Shown here in pieces: positions 8,645 through 15,153 of a DNA stretch of 25,339 nt. The position numbers were made by a program, and so were the translations under genes. Below the pieces are notes generated by a model that was not told the origin of the DNA, made no database searches, and saw only the letters and a list, made by a program, of their open reading frames with translations. The first letter of the stretch is position 1; the number at the start of each line of letters is the position of its first letter. This stretch comes from Candidatus Micrarchaeota archaeon (lineage in GTDB: Archaea > Micrarchaeota > Micrarchaeia > Anstonellales > Bilamarchaeaceae): positions 13,780 through 39,118 of the forward strand of contig JBBITJ010000007.1 of the NCBI GenBank assembly GCA_037440825.1, given 5' to 3'.

Positions 8645-11179
8645 ATGGCGGGAATAAGCAAAATAACCAAGATAAGCAAGCGTCCCTTCAAGTTCGAGCT
8701 CCGCCGCAAATTCGTCAACCGCAAGAGGTTCAAGGTGAAGGAAAAGAGACCAATAGACCTCATAATGGCTGAAATAGCCAAGTTCCGCCCCAAGAAGGTC
8801 CAGTCTGCCGAAGTCGCGGAGCGCAGGAAAAACCCCCTCGTGCCTTTCATAATACTCGGCGTGATAATAGTCGCGCTCATCCTCCTGTTCCCCCCTACTC
8901 CAAACACAGCAGGGAAGCAGAATGCGACTTACCCTGCGCCCACCCTGGAAGCGCTTGTGCTTGAGGACGGAATAGCGAGCTTCGGCGGCCACGTTGCCGA
9001 TTCCAGGGTCGCGTACTACACGCTCCAGTACAAAACAAGCAACGCGGACGCGGTGAAGGTCGAGACCTATATATACGACCGGCGTGTGCCCAACCAGGTG
9101 TTCATGCTCAACACCAAGATGTACGAGGCCACCACCTATTCGCAGTTCAGGTTCTCGCTCAAGAAGCTGCTGGAGGCGAAGGGGCTGTCCATGAACGAGA
9201 TAACGCTGGACCAGCTCGAGACGCTGCCCAGCGGCGCGATAGTCATAGTGCCCACGGGCTACGTGCCTGCGCGCCTTGTGGAGCCCGGGGAGGCGAACAT
9301 CATCAACCTCCTCAGAAGAGGAGTGGAGATAATATACATAGGCCAGAAGTTCGAGTTCAGCATAGACGAGAACGGGGACACTACTAAGATAGATGCGGAC
9401 GTGCTCGACAGCATGCCATTCTACTTCGTGTCAGCGAGCCTCAAGGCCGACGGCCTGGACATGAATTCCGGGCTGTACACTGTGCGGAGCAGCCGCGGGA
9501 CCCTGGGAACCAGCTCCGAGCGCCTCCTTTACGGCATAATAAGCCTTAGAGCAGTGGAAAACGGAGACGTACTCTTCCTGCCCCAGAGCCTCGACGAAGG
9601 GTGGGACACCCCTGAAGAGGCGGCTTCGGACATAGCCAAGGTAATAACCGAGCTGAAGTGGATAACCCCGAAAGGGAGCCACGAGATGGACGGCGTGGTC
9701 ACGAACAACACCACTGTCGGGATATTTTACTCCTCGCCGTTCTCGGAAAGGGAGAAGACGATCTTGGTGCGCGTGGTTGCGTCCAACGCAGGCAACCAAA
9801 CTGAGAAGACGATACTCAAGTACCCGCGCTCGGACGTGCGCGGCGACCTTTTCCTCGTCGAGGAAACCGACCGGATCGTTTCCGGGAAGATAACCGAGCA
9901 GGACACCAAGTTCATCCTCTTCCTCAACGAGACCACGCCTGAGAAGAAGAACATATATCTCTCCATAAAGAACGTGTCCGGAGCCGAGGTGCACAAGCGC
10001 TCGGTCGCGTTCGGAAGCGGGGGGAGGATAAGCCTCCATGGAACCGTGCAGTTCTCGGACCGCCTCGCGCTGGACGAAGGGGTATACGTGGCCGAGATAA
10101 TGGACAAGGAAGGCAACGAATTCGCCCGCGCGATCCTCTCCGTGCGCCAGGTGAAGATAATCAGCACAGGAATAGATTACTCCAACGGGATATTCAAGTT
10201 CGCGGTCCTTTCCGATGGCGTGAAGACGAAGGTCAAGAAGATTACCGTCACGGTGGACAAGAAGTATAATTACACTTTCTACGGGGTTTCGGAATTCACG
10301 GTTGACATGACCGACGTGCTGGGCGGCCAGCCCCTTCCGGTGGGCAACCACACGTTCGACTTCGAGTTCAGCGATATCAAGGAAAGCATGGTGTTCACCA
10401 AGATGACGAGCTCGCAGTTCTACGAGAACCCGCTCTACTGGGTACTCGGCGCTGTCGCACTGGCGCTTTTCGGAAGCGCGCCTTTCCTGGCGATGTTCAT
10501 GCGCAAGACCGAATACGCGCTGGACATACCTGACTTTCCTCCGCTCGCGAGCATAAAGATACCTGTGAAGAAGGCCACGGTCTTCGGCATAATGGAGAAG
10601 ATAAACGAGGATTACAAGTGGAAGAACACGCCGCTCACGCTGGACGAGATAAAGAAGGGCTTCAAGAAGATAATATACCAGAACAAGCAGATATTCATAA
10701 GCGACTACAACCTGGAATTCATACTCGGGCAGCTCAAGAGCCGCGGCGAGGTGAAGAGCGCGCTCGACTATTATGGACTGGCGAAGTGGGAGACCGAATC
10801 CGGAAGGAGCATCACCGCGCTCTCCATATACCGGAAGGTCAGGGACATCTGCATAAACAACGCCATACCTTTCAGCAAGCTCGGGGAGAGCAAGGACTGC
10901 GACATAAAGATAAGGGTGTTCGGCCAGGACGTCTACATCTACATAATAGATTCGCAGGAAGTCAGGGAGCAGAAGCTTGCGCAGGCGCTCAAGGCAATGC
11001 ATAAGGGGCTCGCGGTGCTGCTCTTCAAGGACGCTGAGGACAAAAAGGATTTCGAAGACACGATAAACTCCGCCTCGGAGAGCACGGGCATAATCAAGCT
11101 GGAGATGATGAGCGGCTCCATCGCGACCCTTTCGATAAGCGAGCTGGAGAAGATGCTCAAGGAAATGAAGAACATGTAG
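8645..11179 (+). CDS. Large two-TM membrane protein with an extracellular region and a cytoplasmic C-terminal domain; gene 5 of operon
   Basis: Basic N-tail, TM1 (LVPFIILGVIIVALILLFP), a ~510-aa region with 8 N-X-S/T sequons, TM2 (YWVLGAVALALFGSAPFLAMF) and a ~220-aa tail. Gap to the previous gene is 14 nt. Confidence 0.88.
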   Translation: MAGISKITKISKRPFKFELRRKFVNRKRFKVKEKRPIDLIMAEIAKFRPKKVQSAEVAERRKNPLVPFIILGVIIVALILLFPPTPNTAGKQNATYPAPTLEALVLEDGIASFGGHVADSRVAYYTLQYKTSNADAVKVETYIYDRRVPNQVFMLNTKMYEATTYSQFRFSLKKLLEAKGLSMNEITLDQLETLPSGAIVIVPTGYVPARLVEPGEANIINLLRRGVEIIYIGQKFEFSIDENGDTTKIDADVLDSMPFYFVSASLKADGLDMNSGLYTVRSSRGTLGTSSERLLYGIISLRAVENGDVLFLPQSLDEGWDTPEEAASDIAKVITELKWITPKGSHEMDGVVTNNTTVGIFYSSPFSEREKTILVRVVASNAGNQTEKTILKYPRSDVRGDLFLVEETDRIVSGKITEQDTKFILFLNETTPEKKNIYLSIKNVSGAEVHKRSVAFGSGGRISLHGTVQFSDRLALDEGVYVAEIMDKEGNEFARAILSVRQVKIISTGIDYSNGIFKFAVLSDGVKTKVKKITVTVDKKYNYTFYGVSEFTVDMTDVLGGQPLPVGNHTFDFEFSDIKESMVFTKMTSSQFYENPLYWVLGAVALALFGSAPFLAMFMRKTEYALDIPDFPPLASIKIPVKKATVFGIMEKINEDYKWKNTPLTLDEIKKGFKKIIYQNKQIFISDYNLEFILGQLKSRGEVKSALDYYGLAKWETESGRSITALSIYRKVRDICINNAIPFSKLGESKDCDIKIRVFGQDVYIYIIDSQEVREQKLAQALKAMHKGLAVLLFKDAEDKKDFEDTINSASESTGIIKLEMMSGSIATLSISELEKMLKEMKNM

Positions 11180-11252
11180 TTTAAAAGTGGCATAATACGT
11201 ACGAACTTTCTTGCCTCTTTTATGAACCCCTTCTAGAACAATCCCAAACCGA

Positions 11253-11506
11253 GTGTGCGGGCACATCCGTGCGCTCGCACACACGTTAAATCCACTATTT
11301 GCGAACGAAGTACGCTTTGAACTGCTCTGGACTCTGCGTATAAGAAATGAAGGCGACGCCGTCAAACATCGCCAAAATTCTGTCCTGCAACGGACAATGC
11401 ACGGCGTTTGACGGCGTCCCGCAGAAAGAAGAAACTGCGGCTTAAAATCCAGCAGCCGGGGCGGCCGGTCCTTTGCGCTCCGCAAAGATCCCAAAAAAGA
11501 ATGGGA
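11253..11506. other. Cluster of stem-loops between convergent genes (structured RNA, terminator array or small repeat element)
   Basis: Inverted repeats: GTGTGCG/CGCACAC (11253-11282), perfect 13-bp GACGCCGTCAAAC/GTTTGACGGCGTC (11355-11418), CCGCAG/CTGCGG (11419-11440), CTTTGCG/CGCAAAG (11471-11487) and TCCCA/TGGGA (11489-11506). Confidence 0.5.
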
Positions 11507-11507
11507 A

Positions 11508-11657
11508 TTAGTAAGTCAGCATCGCCTGCTTCTGCGGCTGGATGGCGACAAAACCTTTTTCTACCATCTCTATTACGTCCTCCACCTGAAGGTCGTTCTC
11601 CCTTGCGAGGTAGCCGAGCGAAACCAGGTTCCTTATCGTTTGAGCATCCATGTTCAT
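11508..11657 (-). CDS. Small hypothetical protein (49 aa), absent from the ORF track
   Basis: MNMDAQTIRNLVSLGYLARENDLQVEDVIEMVEKGFVAIQPQKQAMLTY*. Preceded by AGGTGAT, the same SD as ftsZ, and by TTTTTAAA at 11691-11698 on the minus strand. Confidence 0.7.
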   Translation of the reverse strand: MNMDAQTIRNLVSLGYLARENDLQVEDVIEMVEKGFVAIQPQKQAMLTY

Positions 11658-11789
11658 CTAATCACCTGTACTGACGATGGATTTCAGCGCTTTAAAAAGA
11701 AAAGGATGGGGTGCTTTCCAGTGGGTAGAAGGGGATTAAGGAAGCATCATCTTCCCCTTCTAGGAACCTCTCTTGTATGATTGTATCAA

Positions 11790-11838
11790 CAAAGAGGAAA
11801 ATCAGGGAAAAGAAAGATGAAAAGAAAAAAGAATGAAA
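11790..11838 (-). terminator. Probable oligo-T terminator of ftsZ
   Basis: Minus-strand T-rich tract (TTTCATTCTTTTTTCTTTTCATCTTTCTTTTCC) beginning about 20 nt after the ftsZ stop. Confidence 0.55.
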
Positions 11839-11859
11839 TCCGCCTGGGAAGGCGGACAA

Positions 11860-12939
11860 TTACGCGAGGACTTCGAGATCCTCTGCGAAGAAGCGGCTCG
11901 CGCTCGAATCCTCCTCGGACTGGAACTGCGCCCCGCCTACAGATGCGCCTTTCACCCCGGTGACGATCGCGACGATCTCCAGCTTGCCTTCGTAGTTCTG
12001 GATTATCCTCGCGCCCCACTTCACGTTCGCCTCCGCGTCCATCTTCTCGGTGATGATTTCACCGGCCTTTATCGCGTCTCCGAGCGTGAGGTCGCTTCCT
12101 CCGGATATGTGGATGAGCGCACCCTTGGCGCCCTCGAATTCCACGTCGAGGAGCCTGTTCTTTATCACACCCTCGGCAGCGGCGCGCACCCTGTCGGTGC
12201 TCTTTCCTTCGCCCACTGCGATGAATCCGACTCCTCCGCCCTGCATGATTGCGCGTACGTCCGCGAAGTCGATGTTAATGAGCGACGGCTGGGTTATCGT
12301 CCAGACGAGACCGCTGATAGCCCTCGCGAGTATCTCGTCGGCAACCGCGAACGCTTCCTGCATCGGAAGGTTCGGCACGAGCTGGACGAGCCTGTTGTTG
12401 TCCAGGATGATCACTGAGTCGCAGCTCTTCTTGAGCAGCGCGATGCTCTCGTCAGCCCTCTTCTTTCTAGCCCTTTCGAGAGCGAACGGGTAGGTCACCA
12501 TCGCGACCACGATTGCGCCCTGCTCCTTGGCTATCTGCGAGACTATCGGTGCGGCACCGCCTCCGGTTCCGCCTCCCATACCTGCGCAGATGAATACGAG
12601 GTGCGCTCCGTCTATCTCCTTCTCTATGAGCGACCTGTCAATCTCCGCTGCCTTCGCGGCTATTTCCGGATAACCGCCTGCACCGAGACCCTTGGTTATC
12701 GTTTTTCCGATCAGGACTTTCTTCGCCCTCTCGTGCATGATGTTGAGGTGCTGCTTGTCAGTGTTTATCGCTACAAGCTCAGTGCCCTTCACGCCGCTCT
12801 TTATGAGCCTGTTTATGGTGTTGTTTCCTCCTCCGCCCACACCGATCGTTACGATCTTGATCTGGTCCGAGCTGTCCGCTTCCGTGCTCGAGCTTTCGCT
12901 TGAGCTCACTCCCATCACCGACTTCACTAAATCTTCCAT
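11860..12939 (-). CDS. ftsZ: Cell division GTPase FtsZ (archaeal FtsZ2-like)
   Basis: GVGGGGNN, AINTD, tubulin signature GMGGGTGGG and T7 loop QPSLINIDFADV. The PFxxERAR and QPSLIN segments resemble FtsZ2. AGGTGAT SD. Confidence 0.97.
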   Translation of the reverse strand: MEDLVKSVMGVSSSESSSTEADSSDQIKIVTIGVGGGGNNTINRLIKSGVKGTELVAINTDKQHLNIMHERAKKVLIGKTITKGLGAGGYPEIAAKAAEIDRSLIEKEIDGAHLVFICAGMGGGTGGGAAPIVSQIAKEQGAIVVAMVTYPFALERARKKRADESIALLKKSCDSVIILDNNRLVQLVPNLPMQEAFAVADEILARAISGLVWTITQPSLINIDFADVRAIMQGGGVGFIAVGEGKSTDRVRAAAEGVIKNRLLDVEFEGAKGALIHISGGSDLTLGDAIKAGEIITEKMDAEANVKWGARIIQNYEGKLEIVAIVTGVKGASVGGAQFQSEEDSSASRFFAEDLEVLA

Positions 12940-13071
12940 TCAAATCACCTGGTTCGCCTTGACTTAGAACTTATTTGGTTCATTTAAATATGTTGATTTT
13001 TACGTCTGAAGGTTTCCGTGCTGTTAGTTGAGTTTCTACAACAATGGGCTCAATCTCACAGAGCAAAGATT

Positions 13072-13096
13072 TAAATGTATTTAGTAAATACATTTA
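13072..13096. promoter_or_regulatory. Perfect palindrome overlapping a TATA-like box (candidate operator)
   Basis: TAAATGTATTTA-G-TAAATACATTTA, 12-bp arms with a 1-nt spacer, overlapping TTTAAA at 13070-13075 between divergent ftsZ and vapB. Confidence 0.6.
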
Positions 13097-13134
13097 TGCA
13101 AGGCGATCAAGGCGACCGCCTTCCCCCCAAACGA

Positions 13135-13191
13135 GTTTCCAGTTTCGGGTTCCAAGTTTCGGGCCAAACTGAAAACGCGAAACCCAAAACC
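13135..13191. repeat. Inverted array of degenerate 7-bp repeats
   Basis: GTTTCCA GTTTCGG GTTCCAA GTTTCGG G CCAAACT GAAAACG CGAAACC CAAAACC: four units followed by four reverse-oriented units. Confidence 0.75.
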
Positions 13192-13203
13192 CCCTGTGAT
13201 GGC

Positions 13204-13419
13204 ATGGTAAAGGTAATCACGATAAGAGATGACGTGTACGCCAGCCTCTACAAGATAAAGCGCGCGAAGGGAATGAGTTTTTCCGAGGTCCTGGAATACC
13301 TGATCACCATGGACAGGCAGAGGAAGGGGAAAAAGACGGACATGTTCGCGCTCGCAGGCACCGTTTCAGATGATGAAGTGGACAGGCGGCTGTTCGACAA
13401 GATAAGGAGAGGGTTATAG
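13204..13419 (+). CDS. vapB: VapB-family antitoxin (archaeal DUF217/RHH-like)
   Basis: MVKVITIRDDVYASLYKIKRAKGMSFSEVL matches the KTITIxDDVYxxLxxxKxxxxSFSEVI pattern, and the gene lies directly upstream of a PIN gene. Start placed at ATG 13204. Confidence 0.88.
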   Translation: MVKVITIRDDVYASLYKIKRAKGMSFSEVLEYLITMDRQRKGKKTDMFALAGTVSDDEVDRRLFDKIRRGL

Positions 13420-13420
13420 A

Positions 13421-13792
13421 TTGGAAACCAAGATATGTCTTTCCTCCGAAGTGATTTTCGATTTCCTCACAGGAGACGAAGCTACGGTGCAGAAAATCAA
13501 GCTCTATTCAAACGAGGATCTGTGCATAAGCTCCCTGACGCTGTTTGAATTGAGGAGCGCGGTGGAGAAGCAGGAAGCAGTCTCGGAATTTTTGAATTAC
13601 GTCTCTGTGCTTGATTTCGACAGCCAGGCAGCTGAGGGCGCGGCTCGCATAATACACGAGGACCTCCACCACGGGAACAGCAGGAGCACGAAATCAGCAA
13701 TAAACGCCGCCATATGCATATCGCATAACGCGTTCCTTTTCACGAAGGACAGGGCAGAATACGAGGGAATACGCGGGCTCAAGCTAGTGTGA
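13421..13792 (+). CDS. vapC: PIN-domain VapC-like protein, catalytic residues partly lost
   Basis: 123 aa, TTG start with GGAGAGG upstream. PIN layout: ICLSSEVIFDFL, ISSLTLFEL, VLDFD, AARI, SAINAAIC, LFTKD, IRGLKL. Confidence 0.85.
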   Translation: METKICLSSEVIFDFLTGDEATVQKIKLYSNEDLCISSLTLFELRSAVEKQEAVSEFLNYVSVLDFDSQAAEGAARIIHEDLHHGNSRSTKSAINAAICISHNAFLFTKDRAEYEGIRGLKLV

Positions 13793-15013
13793 CCTGCGCA
13801 CGAACAACGCATAATATGCCGCTCCTGCGAGCACTGTGCCGAATCCGATCATCCAGGAAAGCTGGGGAAGGCTCGCCATGAGCACTATGCAGGAAACCAG
13901 GCCTCCTGCTGCAGCGTAGCGCACGCTGCTCCTGAACACCCTCAGCCCACTGAGGTTTATCGCCGCGTAATAGAGAAGGTGGGAGAAGCTGCTTATGTAG
14001 ACGATCTGGGAAAGGTCTGCTGCGAACGCAAGGGCGAAAATCGCTGCTGAGCCGAGCGCTATGGAGTATACGGGAACGCCGCTGCTGGACATCGCGCAGA
14101 GGAACGAGGGAAGCTCCCGGTCGCATGCCATCTTGTACGCGAGCCGCGAAACGCCGAGGATCGAGCCGAGCAGCACGGTCCCTGTTGCCAGGAGCGCCCC
14201 GAACGCCATCACCATCCCTCCATACCAAGCGCCTTCTGCAGCCATAGCGTCAGCGAGAGGGGATTCTGATTCTGCGAGCGCCGCGTACCCGGCCACGCCG
14301 ACCGCAGCCACTGCCACTGCAGCGTAAAGCAGGGTGGAAACCGCGATGGAGATAAGCGTAGCTGCAGGGACGTTCCTTTTCGCGTCCTTAACCTCGTCCG
14401 CTATTACTGCGACGCGCGAGAATCCCGAATACGCGAAGAATATGGTGGCCGCGCCTGCCAGCACGCCTCCGAGCCCGAACGGCGCGAGCGGCTCGAAATT
14501 CGCCGGCTTGAAATAGAATAATGCAACTGCGATGAAGAACAGCAGTATCGCGACCTTCACCGCCACAAGCACGTTGTTGACCTTGCTCTCGTTCCTCATC
14601 CCGGCCAGGTTTAGGGCCGCTGCTGCGGATATGGCTACGGCCGCCCATGCCTGCACAGGAATAGAAGGGACGAAGAATGCCGCGTAGTGGCCGAAGCCGA
14701 CTGCAACTGCCGCGCCTGCCACGACGTTTGAGAATATCCACACCCAACCCACCACGAAGCCGGCCCAGTCTGACAACGCCTCCTTGGCGAAGAGGTACGC
14801 TCCACCGCTTTTAGGATAAATCCTGCTGAGCTCCGCGCTCGCAAGCCCGGTCATCACTGCTACTGCCGCAGCTATGAGGACCGAGATGAAAACAGCCGGG
14901 CCCGCGGCTCCTGCAGCTGTCCCTATGATTACGAATATCCCTGCGCCTATTATCGCTCCCAGCGCCACGTTCACTGCATCGAAAAGCGAGAGCACTGGCC
15001 AAAGCGATTTCAT
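13784..15013 (-). CDS. APC-superfamily amino acid permease
   Basis: GAIIGAGIF (TM1), AELSRIYPKSGGAY and FFAYSGF (TM6), with about 12 hydrophobic helices. Start is uncertain: ATG 15013, or ATG 15157 overlapping the ligase stop. Confidence 0.92.
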   Translation of the reverse strand: MKSLWPVLSLFDAVNVALGAIIGAGIFVIIGTAAGAAGPAVFISVLIAAAVAVMTGLASAELSRIYPKSGGAYLFAKEALSDWAGFVVGWVWIFSNVVAGAAVAVGFGHYAAFFVPSIPVQAWAAVAISAAAALNLAGMRNESKVNNVLVAVKVAILLFFIAVALFYFKPANFEPLAPFGLGGVLAGAATIFFAYSGFSRVAVIADEVKDAKRNVPAATLISIAVSTLLYAAVAVAAVGVAGYAALAESESPLADAMAAEGAWYGGMVMAFGALLATGTVLLGSILGVSRLAYKMACDRELPSFLCAMSSSGVPVYSIALGSAAIFALAFAADLSQIVYISSFSHLLYYAAINLSGLRVFRSSVRYAAAGGLVSCIVLMASLPQLSWMIGFGTVLAGAAYYALFVRRSH

Positions 15014-15153
15014 CTCCAGATTGGGTTGATACCTAGCCGCTATGCGACGGTTCAATCTGGAGATTCTCCGTCGAATGAGGGATACTCCACGCCGCGAATG
15101 CGGCCGAGCCACCGCAGTGGCGAGCGCTTGCAGCGAGGCCTCTTCTACGGCGT

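Noticed and set aside
5043..11179. Integrated conjugative element
   Set aside because: No relaxase, integrase, att repeats or compositional shift is visible, and the operon is flanked by core genes.
11347..11445. 32-codon ORF ending ETAA* inside the hairpin cluster, superficially like a tmRNA tag; AGAAACTGCGGCTTA also resembles the RNase P RNA 3' end
   Set aside because: There are no tRNA-like ends for tmRNA, which is not known in archaea, and no GAGGAAAGTCC-type 5' element for RNase P. The SRP helix-8 motif was not seen either.
9431..11494. 687-aa minus-strand ORF, and similar long antisense ORFs (4087-5052, 5654-6460, 7683-8642, 19057-19863, 21118-21879)
   Set aside because: They are shadows of real genes on the opposite strand, have no recognisable motifs, and show the V/L/H/R-rich composition typical of antisense frames.
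13075..13203. 43-codon N-terminal extension of vapB given by the ORF track
   Set aside because: It runs through the palindrome and heptamer repeats, and family similarity begins at Met 13204.
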